From a virus (taxonomy: Duplodnaviria > Caudoviricetes), in the IMG/VR virus record IMGVR_UViG_3300044850_000102, positions 1 through 34,503 of that record: a stretch of 34,503 bases of DNA; one strand, written 5' to 3'. The first letter of the stretch is position 1; the number at the start of each line of letters is the position of its first letter. The notes below the pieces were generated by a model, which saw only the letters and a program-made list of their open reading frames with translations, did not search any database and had not been told where the DNA came from. Both the position numbers and the translations under genes were made by a program. Positions 19,107 to 28,196 of the stretch are shown piece after piece.

Positions 19107-19542
19107 TTCTCACCTCACGGATAAGCTTATCAAGGTCACGTTTGAGAATATCCAGGAACGGACGGGCCTTCCCCGGTATCGGAGACTCCTGCCCGTATGT
19201 GCCGAGGATATTACCCTCAGCCTTCCTTTCGACCTTTGAACCTTTCCTATAGCCGACAGTGATCTGACCAGCCGCACTGAGCGAGGGAAGGTAGCCGATA
19301 GCGTCAAGCATTTCGTGGCTGAGGGATAAGTCCACAGGCCCACCCTTGGAAACCCCCTTTTGCTTTGCATAGCTTTCAGTATACTGGCCAGCTTTTCCTG
19401 ACCAGTCGCGTCCGGACACATTATATCCCTTTTTGCTTCGGTCCTGGATGAATTCAATAACACGCTGGGCAAGGTCCTGCCGCATTTCAGGGTTGAAGTC
19501 AGCCGGAATTTTCAGCTTGAGATGCGTGTCACGGTTCCGCAT
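19090..19542 (-). CDS. Virion morphogenesis-like protein
   Basis: Motifs YTESYAKQK, VDLSLSHEMLDAI and ARPFLDI. Start at MRNRD with RBS GAGGG; the track start is 19566. Confidence 0.55.
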   Translation of the reverse strand: MRNRDTHLKLKIPADFNPEMRQDLAQRVIEFIQDRSKKGYNVSGRDWSGKAGQYTESYAKQKGVSKGGPVDLSLSHEMLDAIGYLPSLSAAGQITVGYRKGSKVERKAEGNILGTYGQESPIPGKARPFLDILKRDLDKLIREVRNDSET

Positions 19543-21004
19543 TTCCCTCGTCTCCATCATTTTCATTGATATTGTTTGGCAATGGCCGAGGTGGAGCTAT
19601 GACAGGAGTTTCCTCGTCTATTTCCTTGATCAGTTCTTCAATTTCCTCATCGGTTAGGCCGGTGTTAAGCATCTTGATGGCCCGCTTCCGCGACGTGAGG
19701 CCCTGATCCATTTCCGTCCCAAGCTCCGCAATTTTTTCAGCGCGTGTCTGCATCGGTACCGGCTCAGTGAACTTTGTCACCACGCGGGCATCGGCTGAGA
19801 ATATGGTTTTATTTTCCACCACGCCTGCAGCAACCCATGCTGGATGAATATGATGCAAAAGCTTTTCCCAGAATTCGGCTTCGGTCTGCTCATAAACTTT
19901 GATCTGCTTTTTAATGCTCTCAAAAGTGTCAGACTCGTCGATCATTTTACTAATCCCCGAGGCCAGCTGATCGGCTCCAATCTGCGCAATCTGCCCAGGG
20001 CGCACGCCCTTGGTTGAGAGCCAAAGCGCCATTTGACTGGATGCAAGGCTTAGGGTCTGGGTGATATCAATCGTCGGCTTGATCACATCGAATGAGGCTT
20101 TGTTATCACCTTCACCCGGCGGCGTTTGAAAGCTGATAATGCTGTTCGGACTGAATTCGACTTTCTTATCATCGAGGTTTATGGCGACGAATACCGAGAA
20201 AGCCTGAAACTTGACGGCGTAATTCAGGTCAGTGAGCAGGAGCGGGATCAGTAGCGCCAGGTCAAGGTTATCAGTCTGGACTGCAGGCATCGCCGCATCG
20301 TCGGAGTCATTCGAATATGCAAAAGGAGTAACCTGATATGGGTTGAATCCATCCAGTTCATTGTCAACCATGAGGTCTGCAATGATATCACCATTCTGAT
20401 CCATGATTACAAATTGCAGATCGGTATAAACGTAATAGACCTGCTGATCAATCCCGTTGGCCAAGGTTCGCTTTTCCATGCAAAGGATAATCACGTCCGG
20501 GCTCGAATTATCGACACGGCTGGCATTCATAACAAGGAACTGATGATTCGGAACAGTCCTGATGAAAGGCTGCCTGATCCTCGCGTCCAGGATTGAAGCA
20601 GTCTGGTTATCTTTCAGACCGATTTGCAAAAGAGCATAGTAGAAAGCGTTGAATTTGAAATTGTTCTTTCCCATCTTTCGATTGAGGTTAAACTTTCGTT
20701 CATACCACTGCACAAGCTCGAGGTCCTGATCGTTCCCGTTTTCAACGGTTCTTAGAATCGGCTGATCATAAATCTTGGTTAGTTTGTCGACGATCTTTCG
20801 AAAAACGTTGATAGGAGCCTTCCGCGTGCTTGCCGACATATAGGACTTGATGCCAAGGTCCTCTTTCATCCGCTGCTCAAGTAGTCCCTGGATTGCACCG
20901 TCCAGAATATCCTGAATCTTTTCATTGTAAGACAGCCGGTCTTTTTCATTTCGAATGAATGCAGCAACTTTTTTCCGGTCAATGTCTGAAAAGAGGTCAA
21001 TCAT
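19529..21004 (-). CDS. Portal protein (491 aa)
   Basis: Follows terL. Contains INVFRKIVDKL, NPYQVTPF, ASGISK and SRKRAIKMLN..LTDEEIEELIKEI, typical of SPP1-like portals. Confidence 0.85.
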   Translation of the reverse strand: MIDLFSDIDRKKVAAFIRNEKDRLSYNEKIQDILDGAIQGLLEQRMKEDLGIKSYMSASTRKAPINVFRKIVDKLTKIYDQPILRTVENGNDQDLELVQWYERKFNLNRKMGKNNFKFNAFYYALLQIGLKDNQTASILDARIRQPFIRTVPNHQFLVMNASRVDNSSPDVIILCMEKRTLANGIDQQVYYVYTDLQFVIMDQNGDIIADLMVDNELDGFNPYQVTPFAYSNDSDDAAMPAVQTDNLDLALLIPLLLTDLNYAVKFQAFSVFVAINLDDKKVEFSPNSIISFQTPPGEGDNKASFDVIKPTIDITQTLSLASSQMALWLSTKGVRPGQIAQIGADQLASGISKMIDESDTFESIKKQIKVYEQTEAEFWEKLLHHIHPAWVAAGVVENKTIFSADARVVTKFTEPVPMQTRAEKIAELGTEMDQGLTSRKRAIKMLNTGLTDEEIEELIKEIDEETPVIAPPRPLPNNINENDGDEGNAEP

Positions 21005-22365
21005 AGCTGGATCACCTTTGTTTTTTGGGTGCCTTCATCTTTTGCATGGCAGATCGCGTAGCCTAATGCGGTCGTTACGTGCTGATAGCGTTTCGAATCG
21101 TCCTCAATGCTGGTACCTTCCTTTTTGCGTGCCAGCTTCATCCCCTGATTCAGAACAGGACAATCTCTATACACAAATAGTCTTACCTCATTTTTGGCAT
21201 TTTGACACATAGCATTGACGGTAGTCCAACGCCGAACAAGCGGGGGGTTTGTCCTAGGAACCGCTAGCTGGCAGACGAACCTCCGCTGGGCAAACCATTC
21301 CTCGATCAGTTCATAGTTTGACCGGAGTGAGTTCGATGAACGGGCACGCCCGGTCGCATCGCCATATATTATGAACTTTTGAAAGCCCTGGAACACGCCC
21401 TTCGCTTCCAGGTCATCGAGGTTATCAATGCACCATTTGGCATCGTCGATGATGGATTCATGATAAAAATGGAAGGATTGATCCGGCCTAAGCTGAAAAA
21501 CCGCACAGGACTGAGGTTTACCTTCTGCCGTGTTAAAGTCGAATGCTATGCGAAGCGGAAGCGTCATGTCCGCCTTATAAGTCTGCTTGAGAAAGTTATT
21601 CTCTTCCGAATATGCATGATAGATACCTTTCCCAGCAATTGATATCCACCGTCCGCGCAGATAGCGTTCGGCCTCGAGCACCGAGTAGTCCTGAAGTAGC
21701 TGATCGGTGTAGATGCGTTCGAGGTACGGGTTATCGCTCGTGATCGAATAATAAACCTTTCGGCTTTGGAAGGTTTCAGCGCCTTCGATGAAGTATTTGT
21801 ACCAAAACGAATCCGGCTCGTCGGGGTTGGTCGCACAGATTAGAAGGTTCTGGCTCACCCTCGGGATACGGCGCAAGCGGGCCTTCAGGATTTTAAACCC
21901 TGCTTCAAAATCATCCTCGTTCTCGGTCAATTCCTCGATAAGCACCATGGACAGTTTCAAAGATCGAAACTTTGCATAGCGCTGATCCCCCCAAGTCACA
22001 GAAATAATGCGCGAGCCGTTCACAAAGTCTATTTCCCCCGTATTGAACCGGGTTGAATAGTGCTCTCCTTCGATCATGCTATCTTCTAGGTGCTCAAGGA
22101 TTTCCCGGAAGAGAGTTTTCTTAAGGTCCGAAAGCGAGCGCCGACCGATCGCAACGCATGCGCCTGGGTATTCAATGCAGTGCCTGATAGCTATGTGAGC
22201 GAGAAGAATTGACTTCGCCGAACCGACCGACCCACTCAGGAGTATTTCGGGAGTGAATAACTTATAGTCATGGTTTCGAATGAAGCGGAGAACGTCGCAC
22301 TGATAACCGAAGGGTATGAAGCCAGACAAGTTAGCCTTAGAAATAACCGGCTCTTCTATTCCCAT
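21001..22365 (-). CDS. terL: Terminase large subunit
   Basis: Walker A SGSVGSAKS, Walker B VLIEE, ATNP coupling motif, DNPYL, RYLRGRW and nuclease motifs FDFN and YGDATG. Confidence 0.93.
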   Translation of the reverse strand: MGIEEPVISKANLSGFIPFGYQCDVLRFIRNHDYKLFTPEILLSGSVGSAKSILLAHIAIRHCIEYPGACVAIGRRSLSDLKKTLFREILEHLEDSMIEGEHYSTRFNTGEIDFVNGSRIISVTWGDQRYAKFRSLKLSMVLIEELTENEDDFEAGFKILKARLRRIPRVSQNLLICATNPDEPDSFWYKYFIEGAETFQSRKVYYSITSDNPYLERIYTDQLLQDYSVLEAERYLRGRWISIAGKGIYHAYSEENNFLKQTYKADMTLPLRIAFDFNTAEGKPQSCAVFQLRPDQSFHFYHESIIDDAKWCIDNLDDLEAKGVFQGFQKFIIYGDATGRARSSNSLRSNYELIEEWFAQRRFVCQLAVPRTNPPLVRRWTTVNAMCQNAKNEVRLFVYRDCPVLNQGMKLARKKEGTSIEDDSKRYQHVTTALGYAICHAKDEGTQKTKVIQL

Positions 22366-22821
22366 TTAAACCTTCTTTGGATCATAGGCCAGACGAATTA
22401 GGTTCTTTTCATCTTCTGGCTGCGCGTTATTATCGGCGTTCGATTTCGAATAATAGTCTGGAAAGCGGCGCGACATAAGGAATTGGATCATCTTGTCGTT
22501 TGCTTTTTTTAGGTGTTCATGGTCGCTGATCGCCTCACCGTCCTTGGTTTTCCTCTTCTGGTAAGCGGCTCCAGTGGCTATCGTCATCGCCAGCTTTTCC
22601 CACCATCGTTGTGATTCCTCTTTGCCAAGCTCACAGGCATTACGAAACTCAGGATGTCTTTGCTGCCATTCTAGGAAGGTTTTTCTGGGCACTCCTATCT
22701 CTGCACAGCACGCAGCAATGCTTTCGCCTTTGCTCATAAGTCGCCGAACGAGGTCGCAATACTCGGACCTATACTTCTCAGGTCGTCCTATTTTTTTCCT
22801 TTCGTTTAACTGATCTGACAT
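22366..22821 (-). CDS. terS: Terminase small subunit
   Basis: GRPEKY..EY, HTH IGVPRKTFLEW..HPEF and WWEK; abuts terL. Confidence 0.82.
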   Translation of the reverse strand: MSDQLNERKKIGRPEKYRSEYCDLVRRLMSKGESIAACCAEIGVPRKTFLEWQQRHPEFRNACELGKEESQRWWEKLAMTIATGAAYQKRKTKDGEAISDHEHLKKANDKMIQFLMSRRFPDYYSKSNADNNAQPEDEKNLIRLAYDPKKV

Positions 22822-22972
22822 GCTGCCGACCTTTTACTTCCGCAATTTTTATGGATTCTATAACTATAATATGCCACAATTACCACGGTTGATCAACTAT
22901 CGATTCCTCAGTAGGATTTGCAGCACCGCCACCAGACGAGAGTCATATTGCATAAAATAAAGGTTGTGATGA

Positions 22973-23587
22973 ATGGAAAACCACTCACCAATGCGCATAG
23001 AAAATCATATTCTAAAAACCGAACTTCTCGATATTGAGCAATTGACCCCGCTACAGGGTGGCCTCAAAAAACTGAGCGATGAGAATTTTAATAAGCTTCG
23101 CCAATCTCTTATAAATAAAGGCTTTCAATTCACCGTGCATGTTTGGGAGTCGGGCGGGGTTACCTATATTATCGACGGGCACCAGCGCGTGCACGTCATG
23201 AAACAGATGCGAAAGGGTGGCTGGGAAATCCCGCCTATCACGTGCTCGTTCGTCAAAGCAGCCACCTATCACGAGGCCAAAGAACTAATCCTCTATAGTG
23301 TATCGCAATACGGAAAAGTAGATCAGGAAGGCTGGACCGAGTTCACCATGGGCGAGGATTTTGATTTTTCCAAGTTTGATATTCCATCGTTTACCGTTGA
23401 GATGCCAATTGATTGGGATAGTGATCTCCACAAGAGCCAAGAGGATTTTGATTCGGTTCAATCCAATGTTGATGGAATCACAGCAACCGTAAAAGTGAAG
23501 TGTCCCCAGGAGTTGGCTGGAGATGTCATCTCGGCTATTAAAGGTATGATTGAGGATATGGGCTGGGAGGGTGTGACAGTTGCTTAA
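22973..23587 (+). CDS. ParB/Srx N-terminal domain protein
   Basis: KLRQSL..KGF..VHVW....IIDGHQRV motif; heads the modification operon. Confidence 0.82.
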   Translation: MENHSPMRIENHILKTELLDIEQLTPLQGGLKKLSDENFNKLRQSLINKGFQFTVHVWESGGVTYIIDGHQRVHVMKQMRKGGWEIPPITCSFVKAATYHEAKELILYSVSQYGKVDQEGWTEFTMGEDFDFSKFDIPSFTVEMPIDWDSDLHKSQEDFDSVQSNVDGITATVKVKCPQELAGDVISAIKGMIEDMGWEGVTVA

Positions 23588-24452
23588 TATCCTCATTGCC
23601 TATCCATACTGGACTAACGCAATGGCTGAATATCTTCGACCATTGGACGAAGCTGGGCAGCTCCGTTTCCTTTTGGACTCCGGTGCGTTTACGGCTTGGA
23701 AATCTGCAAATCCGATTAAGATTGATGACTATTGTAGGTTCCTGGAGCAGTTACCTATCATGCCCTGGAGATATTTTGCGCTGGATGTCATTGGCGATCC
23801 ACATGGCACAATGCGCAATTATGAATTGATGCTCAAACGTGGTTTTAAACCGATTCCGATCTTCACACGTGGAGAGAATCCAGATGTTTTGGATGAATAC
23901 TTTAAGACATCAGATGTAGTTGGAATTGGCGGACTCGTTGGAACACCAAGGAACAAAGGCTTTGTTAAGGGACTGTCAAAATTTATTAACGGTCGTCGTG
24001 TCCATTTACTTGGGTTCACAAATAAGTCCTTTCTCAAGGTTTTGAAGCCATATTCCTGTGACAGCTCGTCCATCCAAAGTGCGGCAAGGTACGGACAGGT
24101 TGAACTATTTGATATAAAAAAAGGTACTTGGATAAAGCTTCAGAAGTCTATTTTTTCCTCCAAGCCTCCAAGCGCGGTTATCCAGCTAATAGAGAGCTAC
24201 GATGTAGCACCGATTGATTTGGCTCGAAACGACAATTGGGTCGGCCTTAGGAGCATTGGCCGACGGCTAAGTTTTCGTTCACACGTTCGAGCAAGCCTTG
24301 CCTATGAGAGGATTCTAGGAGTTAAATATTTTCTGGCTTTAAATGCGGTCGACCAGATTGTCCTGATCTTGGATTGTTATGGAAGGGAGTCTTTTTTATA
24401 TGATCGAATGCACAAGGCGAATCCAGTTTTGCGCAGGGCATCGGGTTCTTAA
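23580..24452 (+). CDS. TGT-superfamily DpdA-like DNA-guanine transglycosylase (divergent)
   Basis: LDSGAF, LDVIGD, IGGL, HLLG and CDSSS match the order of TGT catalytic motifs; adjacent to que genes. TTG start with RBS GGGAGG. Confidence 0.75.
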   Translation: MLNILIAYPYWTNAMAEYLRPLDEAGQLRFLLDSGAFTAWKSANPIKIDDYCRFLEQLPIMPWRYFALDVIGDPHGTMRNYELMLKRGFKPIPIFTRGENPDVLDEYFKTSDVVGIGGLVGTPRNKGFVKGLSKFINGRRVHLLGFTNKSFLKVLKPYSCDSSSIQSAARYGQVELFDIKKGTWIKLQKSIFSSKPPSAVIQLIESYDVAPIDLARNDNWVGLRSIGRRLSFRSHVRASLAYERILGVKYFLALNAVDQIVLILDCYGRESFLYDRMHKANPVLRRASGS

Positions 24453-24822
24453 TCACGAATCAAAATGCGCGAATATGCATGGGCATAATTATGTTGCCAT
24501 GTTCTACGCCGTTGCAGATGAGCTTGATGGAATCGGTCGGGTGATTGACTTCTCGGTCCTTAAGGAGAAGCTTGGGGGATGGGTTGACGAGCATTGGGAC
24601 CATACTTCGATCATCTTTGAAAGAGATGTTGAGCTGATTGAGAAGCTATCAGGCGTTAACAAAAAGCCGATCTTCGTGTCGAAGTGGAACCCGACAGCTG
24701 AGAACATGGCGGACTTTTTACTACGCGAGGTCGCTCCATCGGTCCTTGCAGGGACAGGCGTCATGGTTCGTAGGGTACAGCTTTGGGAGACTGAAAATTG
24801 CTTTACGGAGGCCAGCCTATGA
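24400..24822 (+). CDS. queD: 6-carboxy-5,6,7,8-tetrahydropterin synthase
   Basis: FCAGH, C..MHGHNY, VIDFS, WDH, NPTAEN and WETE. Start at 24400 after GGAAGGGAG. Confidence 0.92.
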   Translation: MIECTRRIQFCAGHRVLNHESKCANMHGHNYVAMFYAVADELDGIGRVIDFSVLKEKLGGWVDEHWDHTSIIFERDVELIEKLSGVNKKPIFVSKWNPTAENMADFLLREVAPSVLAGTGVMVRRVQLWETENCFTEASL

Positions 24823-25418
24823 GTGATCCCTTGCTATTCATAAATGACCTGTTCTGGACTATTCAGGGTGAGGGCTCAAACGCCGGAAGGCGCGCTCTTT
24901 TTGTCAGGATGCCGTACTGCAATCTTTCATGTAGCTGGTGTGACACAAATTTTTCGACTCACACGATAATACCAGTGTCATATTTCGTAGAGTTTGCACA
25001 GATGGAACCATCAAGGTTCGCTGTTATTACAGGAGGCGAGCCATTAATGCATCGCCATACCCCTATAGTGGCAAAGGTTCTCAAGGATCTTGGATTCGAA
25101 ATTGCTGTTGAGACGAACGGGACATTTCCGTCAGTAGATGGCATCGACTTTATCACCTGCTCCCCCAAAGCTCAGTCCATGTTCAGGATTGATCCGGCGC
25201 TCTACGACAAGGTTTCGGAGTTCAAGTATGTGGTGGATGATGCCTTCAGCTTCGACACACTGATCAGGCATGACAATGATCCGGAAACCATGCGGCATTC
25301 ACTCTCCCCCGAGTTTACGAATATGGCCAGTAATGTGGAGCGCATCACGACCTATATTCAAAAGAATCCGCGGTGGCGTCTGAATCTTCAAACTCATAAG
25401 TGGATAGGGATTCCCTGA
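24819..25418 (+). CDS. queE: 7-carboxy-7-deazaguanine synthase (radical SAM)
   Basis: [29 protein letters not shown] and LQTHK. ATGA overlap with queD and RBS GGAGG. Confidence 0.93.
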   Translation: MSDPLLFINDLFWTIQGEGSNAGRRALFVRMPYCNLSCSWCDTNFSTHTIIPVSYFVEFAQMEPSRFAVITGGEPLMHRHTPIVAKVLKDLGFEIAVETNGTFPSVDGIDFITCSPKAQSMFRIDPALYDKVSEFKYVVDDAFSFDTLIRHDNDPETMRHSLSPEFTNMASNVERITTYIQKNPRWRLNLQTHKWIGIP

Positions 25419-25966
25419 TGGAAAATGAAAGCATCATTCGAAGTATGCTGACAGCGATCGGCGAGAACCCAGACCGCGAGGGGCTGCTCGATACTCCCAA
25501 GCGGGTCGTCAAGTCGTGGCGCGAGCTGTTCTCCGGTTACGATCAGAACCCTGCCACGATCTTGGAACGTGACTTTGAGGGCGGCGGGTATGACGAAATG
25601 ATCGTCCTTCGTGATATCGAACTCTATTCCATGTGCGAGCATCACATGCTACCGTTTTATGGTCGTGCACATGTTGCCTATATTCCTGGTGCCCGTGTTG
25701 TCGGACTATCGAAGCTTGCCCGCGTTGTCGAGTGCTTCGCTCGCCGGCTTCAAATTCAAGAAAAGCTTACCCGTCAGATAGCCGATGCGATTAACGAATT
25801 CCTTAACCCAAAAGGCGTCGGAGTTATAATTGAAGCCCAGCACATGTGCATGGTCGCCCGTGGAGTTGGTAAACAAAATTCAGTTATGACAACGAGTGCG
25901 TTGATTGGCAAATTTCGCGATTCTGAAGTACGTGCAGAATTTTTTAATCTAACTGGGAGAAGTTAA
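25418..25966 (+). CDS. folE: GTP cyclohydrolase I
   Basis: [35 protein letters not shown] and HMCMVARGV. Confidence 0.96.
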   Translation: MENESIIRSMLTAIGENPDREGLLDTPKRVVKSWRELFSGYDQNPATILERDFEGGGYDEMIVLRDIELYSMCEHHMLPFYGRAHVAYIPGARVVGLSKLARVVECFARRLQIQEKLTRQIADAINEFLNPKGVGVIIEAQHMCMVARGVGKQNSVMTTSALIGKFRDSEVRAEFFNLTGRS

Positions 25967-25967
25967 A

Positions 25968-26675
25968 ATGACGAAAGCTCTAGTTGTTCTTAGCGGTGGT
26001 CAGGATAGTGCAACCTGCATGGCATGGGCTGCCACTATTTTTGATGAAATCCATGCGCTCTCGTTTGATTATGGTCAACGGCATAGACGCGAATTGGAAT
26101 CGGCCCAGGCAATTGCGGATATGTTTGGTGCCTCGATGAATATCATCGGGGTTGATGCCCTGCGGGCGAATCCATCAAGCGGATTGACCAGATCCGATAT
26201 CGATGTAAATGAAATCGATTCTGAAACCTCACTCCCCAAGTCTTTCGTGCCTGGCCGTAATCTGATTTTTCTCACATCGGCATCCTCAATCGCCCTATCG
26301 TTGGGAATCCATGATATAGTGACCGGCGTCTGCCAAACAGATTTTTCTGGATATCCGGATTGTAGACGGGAGACGATCGATGCTCTCGAACGCGCAATCA
26401 ATCTTGGGAACGCTGGGCTGGGAGCCGTGAGGATTCATACCCCTCTCATGTATATGACGAAAGCAGAGACGGTTCTGCTGGCCAAACGCCTGAGCCTGGG
26501 CTGGGAAGCCATCGGGAAATCATGGACATGTTATGAGGGTGGAGAAGAGCCTTGCGGAATATGTCCAGCTTGTGTTTTGAGGATTAATGGGTTCAAAGAG
26601 GCTGGCTTGAGCGATCCAGCATTTAGTGATGTTCGTAAACCATTAGAGGGTTTGGCAATTGGAATGCAGTTATGA
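25968..26675 (+). CDS. queC: 7-cyano-7-deazaguanine (preQ0) synthase
   Basis: LSGGQDS, FDYGQRH, VPGRN, YPDCR and TCY......CG.CPAC.LR. Confidence 0.95.
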   Translation: MTKALVVLSGGQDSATCMAWAATIFDEIHALSFDYGQRHRRELESAQAIADMFGASMNIIGVDALRANPSSGLTRSDIDVNEIDSETSLPKSFVPGRNLIFLTSASSIALSLGIHDIVTGVCQTDFSGYPDCRRETIDALERAINLGNAGLGAVRIHTPLMYMTKAETVLLAKRLSLGWEAIGKSWTCYEGGEEPCGICPACVLRINGFKEAGLSDPAFSDVRKPLEGLAIGMQL

Positions 26676-26743
26676 ACTTGTGACCGGGATTCGAACCCGG
26701 AACCCGTGCGCTCCGCTACCGTGTTGACCATTCCCACAAGCTC
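26673..26743 (-). other. tRNA-like element, probably a degenerate tRNA
   Basis: Perfect T-arm CCGGG-TTCGAAT-CCCGG, terminal stem GAGCTTGTG/CACAAGTTC and D-loop-like AATGGTCAA. No proper anticodon arm and no CCA. Confidence 0.45.
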
Positions 26744-26837
26744 TTCGCGAACCCTATACTTGCACAATTGATATAGCATTTTCAAGATTATATTGGGCGC
26801 AGCGGTTTGCGGGAGTTACCGAAAGGCGGCGCAAACA

Positions 26838-27539
26838 TCAGAGAATGCTGGAACTCGCACGAATTCGCGAAATCGTCCATCCGCTATTTGCTCCCCCAGT
26901 AGCGCTACAACCGCCATTGGTGTGTACTCCGACGAGCGAGCCCGAATCATTCAAGATTCCAGATCCCGAGCTCCCTCCTAGTGAATCGACAGAATATGAA
27001 ATTTTATCAGGGTTTGAATTTTTCAATAATTTTCCGACCGCGATTACCTTCGGTCGTGCGGCGGGATGTTGGATAATAGCTAGATTCTGAGTTACATTCC
27101 CCAGTGGAGTAGATGGTATGTTTGGGCTCGAGTCGAGAACAACCAAAGCATAATCTGGGCTATTACTGCTTTCTAGCGCAATGCCATGGATAGTGATGGT
27201 AGGACCGTCAGCGTTGTTTTCGTAATTAAATTCTACTTTCGCCGAAGCTCCTTTCTTTAAGCAATGACCAGCGGTAAGGAAAAGGTTTTTCTTGCCGTTG
27301 TGATTTCCGATGAAAGTCCCGCTACAAGCAGCATTCCCTGCACGGAGCCTGCCTACAGCGCCCTCTCTTTTTTGAACCCATTTCAGGCTGCCATTATATT
27401 TATTGATAGGCACGAAATCCTCGGTTTTTCCGCAGATGGATTTGACTTCACTGGTTTCATCGGTACCATCACCACAGCCGGGCCAAACTGTCAAACTCAT
27501 CAAAACCAGAGCCAAATAAAAACTTTTCCCTTTTTGCAT
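26838..27539 (-). CDS. Trypsin-like (S1) serine protease, probable lipoprotein
   Basis: Catalytic triad motifs LTAGHC, DYAL and GSSGS; signal peptide ending in a lipobox-like WPGC; RBS GGAGG. Confidence 0.85.
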   Translation of the reverse strand: MQKGKSFYLALVLMSLTVWPGCGDGTDETSEVKSICGKTEDFVPINKYNGSLKWVQKREGAVGRLRAGNAACSGTFIGNHNGKKNLFLTAGHCLKKGASAKVEFNYENNADGPTITIHGIALESSNSPDYALVVLDSSPNIPSTPLGNVTQNLAIIQHPAARPKVIAVGKLLKNSNPDKISYSVDSLGGSSGSGILNDSGSLVGVHTNGGCSATGGANSGWTISRIRASSSIL

Positions 27540-27617
27540 CCGCGTCCTCCACTATGGTTGCCTGCCGTTTACCTCTTTCCTGCCTATATGGCTTAGGTTA
27601 TATCACGAATTGACAAA

Positions 27618-28040
27618 TTATTTGTCCGAAATATCTGGGTTACTACTTGAAGCACCAGCCGCTGCGCCAGTACCGGTTCCGAAAGATGCTTCCACGCGAA
27701 CCTTAGTAGATCCATCGGCTTTTTTTTCGTAATCTACCACAATGCGACCTCCTACCCCGACAGACTTGGCAGCCTTGCCGACGATATCGCTTACCGCATC
27801 TGCAATTCCGCCGACCTGACTTGGATCAGCATAGCCTGCTGGTCCATTTCCTGCCTTACGCGGAATGTCGGTCTGGAAAAATGTTTCGCAATTCGATTCG
27901 ATACAAACTTCGAATTCTAAAATATTCGGATCTTTTTCCATAATGGTGCTGCCAATTTTCTCAAAAAGCATTCTGGGCGTGGGATTTGCGAACGCCATTG
28001 ACGGCATTCCCAGCAATAGAACAGCGAAAATGTTTTTCAT
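27618..28040 (-). CDS. Secreted hypothetical protein (140 aa)
   Basis: Sec signal MKNIFAVLLLGMPSMAFA; ATG at 28040 preceded by GGAGGAG. Confidence 0.7.
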   Translation of the reverse strand: MKNIFAVLLLGMPSMAFANPTPRMLFEKIGSTIMEKDPNILEFEVCIESNCETFFQTDIPRKAGNGPAGYADPSQVGGIADAVSDIVGKAAKSVGVGGRIVVDYEKKADGSTKVRVEASFGTGTGAAAGASSSNPDISDK

Positions 28041-28049
28041 CGGCTCCTC

Positions 28050-28125
28050 CAGCGCGGACACTCCAGCCATATCCCGACCCGAGCCGGCGAGGAAATGGAC
28101 GGGATTGGCTGGAGAGGAAGCGCTG
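28050..28125. repeat. Subterminal imperfect inverted repeat of the IscB element
   Basis: Nested pairs CAGCGC/GCGCTG, CTCCAGCCA/TGGCTGGAG and ATCCCG/CGGGAT. Confidence 0.75.
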
Positions 28126-28196
28126 CCAATCTATCTCGCTTAAGGGGTCCAGGGGAATCGGAGATATCCCCTGGTGCCTTTTTCCGGATGTGTTCT

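Noticed and set aside
22822-22972. preQ1 riboswitch upstream of the que operon
   Set aside because: Only an A-rich tract is present; no matching stem and loop were found.
26805-26836. GAAA-loop hairpin ending GGCGCAAA, superficially like a c-di-GMP-I riboswitch
   Set aside because: No second stem and no gene downstream on that strand; more likely a hairpin between convergent units.
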